A stretch of 64,000 nucleotides of DNA from Hyphomicrobiales bacterium (GCA_038230015.1 JBBRNW010000013.1:1336-65335); one strand, 5' to 3'; positions 19,598-30,386 are shown, counted from the stretch's first letter. Translations and numbers: made by a program. Notes: a model not told the origin generated them from the letters alone.

Positions 19598-19928
19598 ATG
19601 GCTGCGCATTCACCAAACTTCTGCCCAACGCAATTTCGTGTTTATCCACGGTGAGCAATGACGTTCAACCGTGAATGCCCTGTCATCTAACTCTCGTTCC
19701 AGCCCAATAGCGGTGACAATCTCACCAATTTTCACTCAATAGACAGCGCCTTACTGCAGACGTAGCGCACACGACGCCTTTTAAACTCTTGATTTTATTA
19801 AACTGTCGCTCCCATCCATCATCGGCGCAACGACGAATATTTTGTCGTGGACCAACGTTGCTGTTGACTTGCTGTTCATCAAAAATCCCTAGCGCAAAAT
19901 GGGTTCTCTGCTCAAATAAATGCCCGTG

Positions 19929-20972
19929 TTAATTATGCTGCCACATTTCGGGTTGATGGCTCGTATGATCCAGTGCTGCTGCATAGGCCGCTTCAACCAA
20001 TGCGTAAGTTTTCAGATTGTCGCTAATGTCGGTTGCAGCGCGTTCACCGTTCCGAAATGACTTGAATATGTGTCGGCTTGTTTCCATCACAGACCGTTGC
20101 ACCACATGCCAAGGCTTCTGCATCCATGGGGCAAGCGGATTGTCAATCGCAATTCGGGTGTGTGAGGTGCCATCACTCAGGATGATCTCATCATCCGAGT
20201 CCAGAATCAGCGAGCCCTTGGTGCCTTCAATTTCTAGCCGCGTGTGGGGGAAAAGGTCGGGATGACGCTTTGCTGTGTAAGTACATTCAACAACACTCAC
20301 GGCACCGCCAGAATGGCGCAGCAATAGGGTTGCGGTATCATCAGCTTTTACAAGTACGTTGCGCCGTTGGGTTTCGCATGACAGCCTGTCAACCTCACCC
20401 AGAAACACGCGGGCGATGTCGAGCACATGGATGCCAAGATCAAGGATGACCAACCTTTCTTCATCATAAAGATAGGGCTGGTTTCCAAAAACATCGAAAC
20501 CTGTGCGAAAAGCCAGACGGGCCCAACTAACGTCGCCAATGGCGCCACCATCCAATAACGCCTTGACCTTAAGCATGGGAGCCTGAAAGCGGAAATTCTC
20601 ATGCACTGCGAGAAAGCTTTTATGTTCCCTGGCCGTGTTGGCCATCGCTACACAATCCGCCCAGCAGGGTGCCAGTGGCTTTTGTACGATGGCAGCCACT
20701 CCCCTTCTGGCAAGCAAATCACAGATTGCAAGATGACTGTCCATGCGCGTTATCACATCCACAAGATCGGGCTTCACAGTGTCCAGCATTTTTTCAATGG
20801 AGGTGAAAGCCGGCACTCCATGCGCCCTCGAAGCGGCATTGGCCTTTTCAGCGCTTGCGTCACAAACAGCTGCTAGTTCTGCCCCTTCGCCGCGCAGTTC
20901 TTTCCACCCTTGAAGATGGTTTTGTGCAAAAAAACCGCAGCCGATCACGGCTATTTTGAGTGGAGCGCTCAT
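19929..20972 (-). CDS. Gfo/Idh/MocA oxidoreductase, D-apiose dehydrogenase (ApsD)-like
   Basis: IGCGFFAQNH, QKP, VHENFRFQ, FRTGFDVFGNQPYL...DLGIH, PWHVVQRSV, DNLKTYALVEAAY resemble ApsD as recalled. Confidence 0.7.
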   Translation of the reverse strand: MSAPLKIAVIGCGFFAQNHLQGWKELRGEGAELAAVCDASAEKANAASRAHGVPAFTSIEKMLDTVKPDLVDVITRMDSHLAICDLLARRGVAAIVQKPLAPCWADCVAMANTAREHKSFLAVHENFRFQAPMLKVKALLDGGAIGDVSWARLAFRTGFDVFGNQPYLYDEERLVILDLGIHVLDIARVFLGEVDRLSCETQRRNVLVKADDTATLLLRHSGGAVSVVECTYTAKRHPDLFPHTRLEIEGTKGSLILDSDDEIILSDGTSHTRIAIDNPLAPWMQKPWHVVQRSVMETSRHIFKSFRNGERAATDISDNLKTYALVEAAYAAALDHTSHQPEMWQHN

Positions 20973-21287
20973 GTTTTAATTCCGATCAGAACATGGAAAG
21001 TTAGATCTTCCTAAGCTATTCTGGATGCTCCAGATGGTCAATTGTTTGAGAAGCATATAAAAATTTGAGTTTATTCCAGCAAATATTGCTTGGCAGCCCA
21101 CTTGTCGCAAGCCCGGCTTACAATTGCAAACAAGGTCGTTCCAATGTGGATGATTGCTAATATGGACCATGGTGATGTCACAAGCTCTAGCGATTATGAT
21201 TCTTATGTTTGGGCTCACGTTATGCTACGCTTTTCGCCAATTAATGACATCAAGCAAAGCCCCATTGAAAGGGCTGGGCAGTGCATA

Positions 21288-21302
21288 TTGACACCGGTGC
21301 AA
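21288..21302. promoter_or_regulatory. TTGACA -35 element overlapping a CG-centred palindrome (LacI-type operator candidate)
   Basis: TTGACACCGGTGCAA about 20 nt upstream of the lerI-like ATG. Confidence 0.35.
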
Positions 21303-21323
21303 CAGGGCTAAAAGTATGACCCA

Positions 21324-22109
21324 ATGAAAAAGACATCTGATATCTGGATTGGCACCAGCTGGAAAATGAACAAGACATTGGACGAGGCCCTTGTTTTTGC
21401 GCGGGGACTTGCTGCTGCGGAAGCCGCGCGTAAGTCCCGTGTTCAACGGTTTGTCATCCCGGCTTTTACTGCTTGCCGTCAGGTGAAGACCGTATTGGCA
21501 GCAACTTCTATCAAGGTGGGGGCACAAAATATGCACTGGGCCAATGCTGGCGCTTGGACTGGCGAGGTTTCTCCTCTCATGTTGAAGGACTGCAATCTCG
21601 ATCTTGTTGAGCTTGGGCATTCCGAGCGGCGTGTTTTTTTTAATGAGACCGATGAAACTGTGGGCCTCAAAACCGAAGCTGCGGTGCGCCATGGTCTAAC
21701 GCCGCTGATCTGTGTTGGGGAAACACTTTCGCAGCGTGATAGCGACCAAGCCAAGGATGTGCTGGCTCACCAGGTGAAATCGGCGTTAGCGAAACTTGAT
21801 GGTGAGCAAAAGACTGCCGCCCTTGTTTTTGCCTTTGAACCCGTGTGGGCCATTGGCGCCCAAGGAATTGCAGCAACCGCCGACTATGCAGATGCACGGC
21901 AGGCAGAAATAGTCAGTGTGGCGGCAGATATTTTGGGCCGGCGCGTACCTTGTCTCTATGGTGGATCAGTGAATTCTGATAACTGCCAAGAGCTGATCGT
22001 GTGCCCGAACATTGACGGTCTGTTCATTGGGCGTGCGGCATGGAATGTCGAAGGCTATCTCGACATTTTGGCAAAATGTGAAGCAACACTTGGAGAAGAC
22101 TCATCATGA
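21324..22109 (+). CDS. lerI: TIM-family L-erythrulose-1-phosphate isomerase (LerI/EryH-like)
   Basis: [12 protein letters not shown]-terminus (not glycolytic AGNWKM), [23 protein letters not shown]; ATGA overlap with the RpiB-family gene. Confidence 0.7.
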   Translation: MKKTSDIWIGTSWKMNKTLDEALVFARGLAAAEAARKSRVQRFVIPAFTACRQVKTVLAATSIKVGAQNMHWANAGAWTGEVSPLMLKDCNLDLVELGHSERRVFFNETDETVGLKTEAAVRHGLTPLICVGETLSQRDSDQAKDVLAHQVKSALAKLDGEQKTAALVFAFEPVWAIGAQGIAATADYADARQAEIVSVAADILGRRVPCLYGGSVNSDNCQELIVCPNIDGLFIGRAAWNVEGYLDILAKCEATLGEDSS

Positions 22110-22558
22110 AAATTGCAATTGCAGGTGACAGTGCTGGTGAAGGGCTGGCCAAAGTTCTCGCCCTTCATTTAAGCGAAAAACACGACGTTGCGGAGATCTC
22201 TCGAACCGAGGCTGGCGCTGAAAGTTTTTACGCCACTCTGGCAGACCGTGTTGCAAACGATGTGCTGGCCAGAACATACGAACGGGCGATTTTGGTGTGC
22301 GGAACAGGCATTGGTGTCTGCATTGCGGCAAACAAAGTGCCGGGCATTCGGGCAGCACTTACCCATGACACCTATTCGGCCCAACGTGCTGCGCTGTCCA
22401 ACAACGCGCAGATTATCACAATGGGTTCTCGCGTTATTGGCCCGGAATTGGCCAAGGCAATCGCTGAAGCTTTTCTGCAAGAAACTTTTGATCCCAATGG
22501 CCGTTCAGCTGAAAATGTTGCGGCCATCAACGCGGTTGACGCAAAATACACCAAATGA
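22106..22558 (+). CDS. derI: RpiB/LacAB-family D-erythrulose-4-phosphate isomerase (DerI/EryI-like)
   Basis: [59 protein letters not shown]. Confidence 0.7.
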   Translation: MKIAIAGDSAGEGLAKVLALHLSEKHDVAEISRTEAGAESFYATLADRVANDVLARTYERAILVCGTGIGVCIAANKVPGIRAALTHDTYSAQRAALSNNAQIITMGSRVIGPELAKAIAEAFLQETFDPNGRSAENVAAINAVDAKYTK

Positions 22559-22621
22559 AAACGTGGACTTGAGCCTGGTTAATGCTACTCAGACAGCTTG
22601 AAAACTGATTTGGACTAAAGC

Positions 22622-23782
22622 ATGCTTATAGGACTGCGCCTTCAACCAGAACACCGGGTCTATGCTGCTTTTGCCTTACATGCTTTTGCGATGGGAAACA
22701 TTTTTCCGCGCATGCCTGATATCAAAGCCGCGATGGGTGTGGCTGAAGGGGTCTTGGGCTTGAGCCTGATCGGCGTTCCGCTAGGCACGCTTATTACTCT
22801 CACTTTTGCAGCACCCACGCTTGAGCGGATCGGGTTTCGGAAATCCCTGCTCTCACTCATGCCGTGGGTTGCCATACTTTATGCCTTGGCAGTTTACGCA
22901 TCACATCCGGTTTTATTCTTTGTGATGTTAATCCCCATCGGTATGTTGATTGGCTGTATTGAAATCATGGTCAATCTTGAGGCCGACAGAACGGAAGCCC
23001 TGATCAAGCGGCGAATCATGAACCGCGCACACGCATTTTGGAGTTTCGGTTTTTTTGGTGCCGGGTTTTTTGGAGCTTCAATGGCGCAGTTGGGCATTTC
23101 ACCTCAACTGCATCTTGCTTTGATCATTCCGGTTTCAATGATTGGAATTGCAGTGTTTCTTGGTCAGTTTGAACCAGCACCCACACGCGTGGATGAGACT
23201 GATGGGGTGAAGCCTAGATTTGCCTTGCCAACCTGGGGCATTCTTGTGCTGTTTGGGGTTACACTTTCAGCCATGCTGATGGAGGGTGCCGGCATTGATT
23301 GGTCGGCTATTTATATGCGCAGCACCTATAGTTCCGGACCCTTCATGGCGGGAGCCGCCGTGGCTGTGGTGGCACTTTCGCAAGGCATTGCACGATTTTT
23401 CATCGATGGCTTTATTGACAAACATTCGCCCGGCGGCGTTGCGCGGCTTTTGCTGTTTGGCTTGGCCGCAGGTATTATCTTGGTGTTTTTAAAACCATCA
23501 CCTTTCCTCTCGCTCTTGGGTTTTGCATTCATTGGGGTTGGAACCAGCGCCATTTTTCCAATGGCAGTTTCAGCAGCAGCACAGCGAACGGATCGCTCTT
23601 CTGCGATCAATGTCGCTGCCTTTGTTCAAATCGCCTTTACGGCTTTTCTGATCGGTCCACCACTGTTGGGTTTGGTTGCCGAACATTGGGGTATTGAATG
23701 GGTTTATGGAGTGGCCCTGCCTTTGGTGGTTTTAAGCATTCTCACGTCTGGATCGCTGGGAAAGAAAACGACCCCGCATTAA
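22622..23782 (+). CDS. MFS transporter
   Basis: Hydrophobic 386 aa; IMNRAHAFWSFG and WSAIYM motifs. Confidence 0.85.
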   Translation: MLIGLRLQPEHRVYAAFALHAFAMGNIFPRMPDIKAAMGVAEGVLGLSLIGVPLGTLITLTFAAPTLERIGFRKSLLSLMPWVAILYALAVYASHPVLFFVMLIPIGMLIGCIEIMVNLEADRTEALIKRRIMNRAHAFWSFGFFGAGFFGASMAQLGISPQLHLALIIPVSMIGIAVFLGQFEPAPTRVDETDGVKPRFALPTWGILVLFGVTLSAMLMEGAGIDWSAIYMRSTYSSGPFMAGAAVAVVALSQGIARFFIDGFIDKHSPGGVARLLLFGLAAGIILVFLKPSPFLSLLGFAFIGVGTSAIFPMAVSAAAQRTDRSSAINVAAFVQIAFTAFLIGPPLLGLVAEHWGIEWVYGVALPLVVLSILTSGSLGKKTTPH

Positions 23783-23946
23783 ACAAAAAATTGGCACGAA
23801 CCCACATCATTCCCGTTCCAGTCAACACTTGAACCGGAGAACAATCAATTCTTAAACCAGCGGAGTGTGGAATTGCAGATGAGTAATCTCTTGGCTTGCA
23901 AAATCGTTGCGGTGACTAAAGCAAAAACATCTGCTAATTTTTTGAG

Positions 23947-24324
23947 GTGATAGAACGAATTAAGCAATGGGCACGCACCATAAAGCGGGATGTGGTTGCG
24001 CTCTACATAGCAGGACGCGACCACAGAACACCGTGGCATGCAAAAGCCATTGCAATCGCGGTTGCCGCATATGCCATTAGTCCAATTGATCTCATACCTG
24101 ATTTCATTCCAATCCTAGGTTATCTTGATGATCTAATAATTGTTCCGCTTGGCATCATGCTGGCAGTAAAACTCATTCCAGCGCAACTCATGGCTGAATT
24201 TCGTGAAGCTGCTGTAAGGCGGGGCCGCTTGACGCCGCATTGGGCAGGTGCTGCTGCTATTGTAGCCATTTGGGGTATTGGATTAGTTGCAGTCACGTGG
24301 TGGACAATTCATTACCACTGGTAA
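23947..24324 (+). CDS. YkvA/DUF1232 membrane protein
   Basis: YAISPIDLIPDFIPILGYLDD signature. Confidence 0.9.
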   Translation: MIERIKQWARTIKRDVVALYIAGRDHRTPWHAKAIAIAVAAYAISPIDLIPDFIPILGYLDDLIIVPLGIMLAVKLIPAQLMAEFREAAVRRGRLTPHWAGAAAIVAIWGIGLVAVTWWTIHYHW

Positions 24325-24390
24325 TAGAATTCAACGTACTGCCAGTTTCATACATTGAACTGAGGCGATATTTGGTTAAGCTTACGTCCG

Positions 24391-25293
24391 ATGAAAACTC
24401 CTTCTCCCAGTGTGATGCCTAACGCCTTGAAGAAAGGCATGACTTATGCGGCGTTGCTTTTATGGTCGCTGATTTGTATTTTTCCGCTCTATTGGATCAG
24501 TATCACCAGTTTCAAGGCGGTTGATATCATCGACCAAGCACCGACTTACCTTCCGTTTGGTGACTTTAACCCTACGCTGGATGCCTGGCGGTTTATCTTG
24601 GGTGACGTGACAGAGAATCTGGTTTGGCGTGCTGTTAATTCAGTGGCCATCGGAATCATCTCAACTCTGGCAACATTGGCGCTCGGCGGCATGATGGTTT
24701 ATGGCGTGACCCGTTTTAAATCCAAGATCAACGGTTCCAAAATTATTGCAGCAGCACTCGGCACCCGCATCTTGCCACCTGTGGTTTTGGCTTTGCCACT
24801 TTACCACATGGCCCAACTGACGGGTACACTTGATAGTTTGGTCATTCTGATTTTTGTTTATAGTGCCATTAATCTTCCCATCGCCATTTGGCTGCTGGCT
24901 CCTGTCTTTGGTTCGCGCGCTACAGACCAAGAAGAGGCTGCACAATTGGACGGTGCCTCACATTTTCATATTTTGTTTTTCATTCTGCTACCGACGGTTA
25001 AAACGGCACTGGTGACAGTGGGTCTTTTGATTTTCCTCCAATGCTGGAATGAATATCTGTTTGCTGCGTTTCTAACCTCTGATCACGCATTGACTTTGCC
25101 ACCTTGGATGGTGGGGCAGCTTTCCATGAAGGAAGCCCAAACAGGTGGGGGTGCCGAAGAAGTGGCACATCTTGCAGCAGCAACAGTGCTGATGATTTTG
25201 CCTGTGCTGGTTTTTACAATTTTTATTCAGGGTTCTTTGAGAAGTGTATTTTCAGTTCCAACGCGTGAATCCCGCGCAATCAGAAATCCTTAA
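24391..25293 (+). CDS. Carbohydrate ABC permease (MalG-type), extra paralog convergent with the ABC operon
   Basis: FPLYWISITSFK...PTLDAWR; EAA loop EEAAQLDGAS; WNEYLFA. Confidence 0.85.
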   Translation: MKTPSPSVMPNALKKGMTYAALLLWSLICIFPLYWISITSFKAVDIIDQAPTYLPFGDFNPTLDAWRFILGDVTENLVWRAVNSVAIGIISTLATLALGGMMVYGVTRFKSKINGSKIIAAALGTRILPPVVLALPLYHMAQLTGTLDSLVILIFVYSAINLPIAIWLLAPVFGSRATDQEEAAQLDGASHFHILFFILLPTVKTALVTVGLLIFLQCWNEYLFAAFLTSDHALTLPPWMVGQLSMKEAQTGGGAEEVAHLAAATVLMILPVLVFTIFIQGSLRSVFSVPTRESRAIRNP

Positions 25294-25333
25294 AACACCT
25301 GGCAATTTTTGCAGAGGTGCTGACATTGATCAC

Positions 25334-26404
25334 CTATCTGATGCGCCTTCCGTCGGTTGCATCAAAAACAAAAAGATGGTCTTTGGCAAAACTTACGCCC
25401 ACCACATCGCCTGATGTTGCCATATAATCCTTGGCGGCCTTTACGGTTAGAAAATCATTCGCGATTTTCATGGTCACCAGCGTGTGATCACCAATGAGTT
25501 CAGTGGTGTAAACCGTGCCCTTGAGTGCACCCTTGGCAGCGCTTGTAATGCTGCAATCTTCGGGCCTGACACCAAGAACTGCCTTTTCCGCCCTGCCCTT
25601 CATGGTCACTGCAACTTTAGTATCCTGAACATGGAAATGGCTGCCCTCCAGCGCACCCTTCACAATGTTCATGGGTGGCGAGCCGATGAATTGCGCCACG
25701 AACAAATTCGCCGGATCATTATAAATCTTGGCAGGTGTATCAAGCTGCTGAAGAACTCCCTTTTCCAGAATAGCCACGCGGTGCGCAAGCGTCATAGCTT
25801 CGATCTGATCATGCGTGACATAAATCGTTGTGATGCCGAGTGATTGCTGCATGTGCTTAAGCTCTGCGCGCATGTGACCACGCAGTTTTGCATCCAGATT
25901 AGACAGCGGTTCATCCATCAGGAACACGGACGGACGGCGGATGATTGCGCGTGCAAGTGCAACACGTTGTTTTTGTCCGCCCGAAAGCTCCCGCGGATAA
26001 CGATGCAACAATTGATCAAGCTGCACTTGCGCCGCTGCTTCACGCACCGCCACGTCGCGTTCAACCGGATTGACTTTGCGTACCTTCAATGGAAAGCCGA
26101 TATTCTCGCCCACGGTTTTATGCGGGTAAAGCGCATAGGATTGAAACACCATTGAGATGTCACGATATTTTGGCAGCACGTCCGTGACATCACGTTCGCC
26201 AATGCGCACGCGTCCTTCGGTGGCGGTTTCCAGTCCCGATAAAATTCTCAGTGCTGTGGTCTTGCCAGAGCCTGACGCTCCAAGAAGAACCAAAAATTCA
26301 CCGGGCTCAACTTGCAGATTTAACTCTTCCAGCACGCGCACTGCACCAAATGATTTTTGCACCTTGTCAAATGAGACAGGAACGCCCGGTTTTTGAGACA
26401 GCAT
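25334..26404 (-). CDS. Sugar ABC ATP-binding protein (MalK-type)
   Basis: [26 protein letters not shown]; probable start ATG 26404. Confidence 0.92.
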   Translation of the reverse strand: MLSQKPGVPVSFDKVQKSFGAVRVLEELNLQVEPGEFLVLLGASGSGKTTALRILSGLETATEGRVRIGERDVTDVLPKYRDISMVFQSYALYPHKTVGENIGFPLKVRKVNPVERDVAVREAAAQVQLDQLLHRYPRELSGGQKQRVALARAIIRRPSVFLMDEPLSNLDAKLRGHMRAELKHMQQSLGITTIYVTHDQIEAMTLAHRVAILEKGVLQQLDTPAKIYNDPANLFVAQFIGSPPMNIVKGALEGSHFHVQDTKVAVTMKGRAEKAVLGVRPEDCSITSAAKGALKGTVYTTELIGDHTLVTMKIANDFLTVKAAKDYMATSGDVVGVSFAKDHLFVFDATDGRRIR

Positions 26405-26408
26405 GAAT

Positions 26409-27593
26409 TTAACCTTTGACTGCGCCAAGGAGCACGCCCTTGGCAATAAATCTTTGCAACACAATAGCTGCCAGAATAACCGGGATAATCATCACAACGA
26501 TAATGGCGCACATTTCCCACCATAAAGTGCCCTTTTCGCCGGCATTTTTAGCAGCAACCAGAATTGGCATGGTTTGCGCCTTTGAGGTGGAGAGAAAAAC
26601 GGCGAACAGATATTCATTCCAGTTCAAAATCAACGTCAACAAAGTCACTGCGGCCAAGCCGGGGCGCGTCAGCGGTAAGACAATTTCCCAAAAAATGCCC
26701 AGGCGTGTTGCCCCATCAAGCTGTGCGGATTCTTCAAGCTCGATGGGCAGGCCCGCAAAGAAATCATGCATGAGCCAGACAACAATAGGCAGATTGGCCA
26801 CCGCATAAATAATGATCAGGCCCAAATGAGTGTCGAGTAAACCTAAGGCCTGAAACATCATGTAAACTGGAATGATCACCACAATGGGTGGAAGAATGCG
26901 TTGGGAAATAATCCAGAATAAAATATCGCCATTGCCGAGTGTCGCCTTGAAACGCTTGCCAAAGGCGCGCGCCAGAAGGAAGAACATGGCAAGGGCCACT
27001 GCTGCCGTAACGTACCACTTCACGCCGACATAAGTAGTGGCCAGAATCATCATCAAGGTGAGAATGACAAAAATGACGATGTTGCCGAATTTGGGCTTGT
27101 ACGCGATGCGGGCCAGAGCATAAGCCGCCAAGCTTCCGATGGTGACGCACAGAAACGTAGAGGCAAAGCCAATCACCAGCGAGTTGGTGAAGGCCAGATA
27201 GATTTTGCAGATTTGCGGCTCCATGGGTGCAATGCGCACAAAGGGAGAAACAATAAACGCGAATGAATTATTAAGCAGCAAACCAAGCTGGCGCAAGATT
27301 GCATACCCGTCGCAAAACGGATCAGCCGTTTGAATGATGCGCCAGGCATCAAGGTTTGGTTGAAAGTCTACAAAGGGAATAAAGTAGGGCCCCTGGTTGA
27401 CGGCGGCTGCATCTTTAAAAGCGGTAATCACCACCCAATAGATTGGAAAAATTACGAACAGAGACCAGAATATCAAGATGACATAGGCCGACACACTGGC
27501 GACTGGCGACATTCTGCCAACTTCTGGTGGCTCAAAGAGCCGCTCCATCACACCACGGTTGGCCTTTTCGAATTTGTATGACGCATCGCTCAT
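26409..27593 (-). CDS. Sugar ABC permease (MalG-type)
   Basis: FPIYWVVITAFK; EESAQLDGAT; WNEYLFA. Confidence 0.9.
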   Translation of the reverse strand: MSDASYKFEKANRGVMERLFEPPEVGRMSPVASVSAYVILIFWSLFVIFPIYWVVITAFKDAAAVNQGPYFIPFVDFQPNLDAWRIIQTADPFCDGYAILRQLGLLLNNSFAFIVSPFVRIAPMEPQICKIYLAFTNSLVIGFASTFLCVTIGSLAAYALARIAYKPKFGNIVIFVILTLMMILATTYVGVKWYVTAAVALAMFFLLARAFGKRFKATLGNGDILFWIISQRILPPIVVIIPVYMMFQALGLLDTHLGLIIIYAVANLPIVVWLMHDFFAGLPIELEESAQLDGATRLGIFWEIVLPLTRPGLAAVTLLTLILNWNEYLFAVFLSTSKAQTMPILVAAKNAGEKGTLWWEMCAIIVVMIIPVILAAIVLQRFIAKGVLLGAVKG

Positions 27594-28747
27594 CGGTGGG
27601 CCTTTCGCAATTGCCCAAGCACCACATAGTTAAAGAAAGACGCACAAACAATTACCGATAAAATAAGCAAGAGATAGGCAACAGCGGCCGATGAACCCAT
27701 GTCATTGGCCCGCCACAGGAAGTAGGAATGCAGCGTCATTGATTCCGTTGCAATGCCCGGTCCGCCCGACGTCATGATGTTAGGGAGATCAACAATCTTG
27801 AAAGCTTCAATCATGCGAATGAGAATGACCGTGACTGCGACAGGAACAATTTGCGGCCAGGTGATTTCGCGGAAAATCTGAATGCTTGAGGCTCCATCAA
27901 CTTGCGCTGCTTCCACATGATCGCGCGGCACATTTTCCAAGGCCGCCAACATGATAATGAATATGAACGGGATCCATTGCCAGGAATCACCAAGAATAAC
28001 GAAAAAGCGCGCTGCCCACGCATCAGTTGACCACGCCCAATTTTGCAAACCTATCCAATCCCAGAAGGGCTGGAACGGGCCCTTGGTGATATCCAATACC
28101 ATTTTGAAAGCATAGCCCACGCCGAGCGGCGTGATCATCAAGGGAATGAAAAATAGCACGCGAAAGAAACTCTTGCCCATGATGGGTTGCGAACACAAGA
28201 ATGCAAGCCCAGTACCGATAATGAATTGAAGTGAACAGCCCACCACCACATAAAACAATGTAGTCAAAAGTGTGCCCCACTGATTGCCGGACAACAATGT
28301 GCTGGCCAGCAGAAATGTAATGAACACTGCCATGGCGGCTGAAATCAATCGCCCTGTCATGCCGACCCATGTCGAACCGGCTTTAAATGACCGGTAGAGC
28401 CACCATAAAACTGCGGTGAATACAGCAATGGCAAACGCCCAACCCAACAGGCTCAGGCCTTCGAGGCGACCCAAAAAATGGGCTTGCTCGGCACCGGTGA
28501 ATTCATTGATGAAGTTATCAAACCATACAAACCGGAATTTCAGACCTGTAGGTGAAAATTTCACCCGGCTTAAGGCAAAAACGATGGAATAAAAGGTCGG
28601 GAAAATTGCAAAGACGAGAATGAGTGAAACTGCGGGTGCAATAAAGAATGTGCGCGAATGGCAATCGATCCATTCAGCCCAGCTCTGTTTTGCTGAAAGT
28701 CCAGCCGGGGTTTCCCCCGGCTGGCCTATGTCGCTCGAATAAGACAT
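27590..28747 (-). CDS. Sugar ABC permease (MalF-type)
   Basis: WQWIPF...EAAQVDGAS; RMIEAFKIVD. Confidence 0.9.
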   Translation of the reverse strand: MSYSSDIGQPGETPAGLSAKQSWAEWIDCHSRTFFIAPAVSLILVFAIFPTFYSIVFALSRVKFSPTGLKFRFVWFDNFINEFTGAEQAHFLGRLEGLSLLGWAFAIAVFTAVLWWLYRSFKAGSTWVGMTGRLISAAMAVFITFLLASTLLSGNQWGTLLTTLFYVVVGCSLQFIIGTGLAFLCSQPIMGKSFFRVLFFIPLMITPLGVGYAFKMVLDITKGPFQPFWDWIGLQNWAWSTDAWAARFFVILGDSWQWIPFIFIIMLAALENVPRDHVEAAQVDGASSIQIFREITWPQIVPVAVTVILIRMIEAFKIVDLPNIMTSGGPGIATESMTLHSYFLWRANDMGSSAAVAYLLLILSVIVCASFFNYVVLGQLRKAHR

Positions 28748-28758
28748 CGACCTGAAGC

Positions 28759-30237
28759 TTATTTCAAACCAAGGGCCAAAGCCTGCGATTTGATTTGAGC
28801 ATCACGACCGAAATCTTCGGTGATTTTTTCAAACCCAGCGTCGATATTCTTCAATGCTTCATCCACTGTGATTTCACCAGCCAGATAACGGGCAAGTTCA
28901 GTGTCAAGCACCACCGACGTGTATTGTTGAGCACCCGGGATCTTCATGTCTGAAGCCATGTTAGGATTGTTCAACGCGCCGTTGATGGCACCAAGATAGT
29001 TGGTAGCCAAATCAGCTGGCATGCCAGCCTTCACCCAGAGGTCGGTGCTTGAAAGTTGCGACAGTCGATAGGGGTTATAGCCAGTCGCACCAATGGTCAC
29101 GTCCACATTGGATTGGGCAGGTTGGTTCATGTAAGACAGGAACGCATAAGCCGCATCCTTCTTTTTCTGATCAGCCTTGGCATCAATAGCGCCAGCCCAG
29201 CCGCCGAAGGCTGCAAACGGAGCATAATTGATCCCGTCTACCGAGTAGGGCGCGTTTTCCTTGGTTACGGCCACAAGCTTGCCTGTGGCGCGGTCAAGAA
29301 CTTCCTTTGAACCAACAGCACCAACCGCAAAAATCAAGCCTTTAACTTTTGACGCATCAGCATCAAGCTGCAATGTGCCTGGATCACCCCATTCAATCAA
29401 CACACCACACCGGCCTGCCTTGAACAGGCCACGCGTGTCGCCAATGTCCATGTTCAGCTCTTCTGGTGGACCGTATTTGCCGGTTTCCTTGTAAAGTTCG
29501 AAGGCTTTCTTCCAGCCGTCATTGCTGAACATCGGCTTCATAGTTGCATTGTCGAAATGGAAGCCTTGGGTTGTGCCTTGCGTTTGCACGATGGGAGCTG
29601 CAATTGTTTGGATTGCAAAATACGATTGCGCATTGCGCTTCTTGAATATGCATGAGCCATAGTCAGGCGTGCCATCGCCGTTCATGTCCTGGCCGTTAAT
29701 GGCCTTTGCGACTGCAATATAATCTTCCCATGTTTTTGGCGGTTGCAGACCAGCTTTATCCAATATGTCCTTACGATAATAGACCATCTGGAAGTCGCCA
29801 TCGACCTGAATCAGTTTGTACTTGCCGCCGATCTTCATGCCGAAATCGCGGAAATAGGGGGCGATGTCGTCCATTTTGATGTTAGTGTCCTTGGCGATAT
29901 AGGGGTCCAAATCCTCAAGAAGGCCTGCAGAATCAAGTTCCACGCCCCAACCGGCAGCAAACACGCCAACGTCAATCGAGTTGGTTCCAGTTGTCCAATC
30001 GTTCTGAATTTTTGGGAAAATTTCGGCGAAGGGAACTTCGGTGACCACAATCTTGGCCCCTGTCAATTTCTCGAAATCCACACCACGCGATTTCAAAGGA
30101 CCGGCAATGACTGGACCTGGACGCGTCAAGATATTGACGGTCACGCCATCAAACTCCCCGGCAGACACTGAAGAGGCAAGACCGCAAGCGGCAACCCCTG
30201 CAAGAGCAAATCCGGTTACAATTTTACGTAGAGACAT
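28759..30237 (-). CDS. Sugar ABC solute-binding protein (CUT1)
   Basis: Signal peptide; DGDFQMVYYRKD, PPKTWEDY, AFGGW motifs. Confidence 0.9.
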   Translation of the reverse strand: MSLRKIVTGFALAGVAACGLASSVSAGEFDGVTVNILTRPGPVIAGPLKSRGVDFEKLTGAKIVVTEVPFAEIFPKIQNDWTTGTNSIDVGVFAAGWGVELDSAGLLEDLDPYIAKDTNIKMDDIAPYFRDFGMKIGGKYKLIQVDGDFQMVYYRKDILDKAGLQPPKTWEDYIAVAKAINGQDMNGDGTPDYGSCIFKKRNAQSYFAIQTIAAPIVQTQGTTQGFHFDNATMKPMFSNDGWKKAFELYKETGKYGPPEELNMDIGDTRGLFKAGRCGVLIEWGDPGTLQLDADASKVKGLIFAVGAVGSKEVLDRATGKLVAVTKENAPYSVDGINYAPFAAFGGWAGAIDAKADQKKKDAAYAFLSYMNQPAQSNVDVTIGATGYNPYRLSQLSSTDLWVKAGMPADLATNYLGAINGALNNPNMASDMKIPGAQQYTSVVLDTELARYLAGEITVDEALKNIDAGFEKITEDFGRDAQIKSQALALGLK

Positions 30238-30386
30238 AAATATTTACTCCCATATAAAGCAGCACTTACAGGGACTGCCTTGCCTGTTGATCCCGAACAT
30301 GAGGCTTGGCCCCTTTCGGTCAATTTTCTCTGACCTCTGTGAGCCAGTGTTTTTCGGTGTTGCAAAGGTTACATAGAATTTACGTT

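Noticed and set aside
21324-22109. Glycolytic tpiA
   Set aside because: GTSWKMNK N-terminus and coupling to an RpiB-family gene fit LerI/EryH better.
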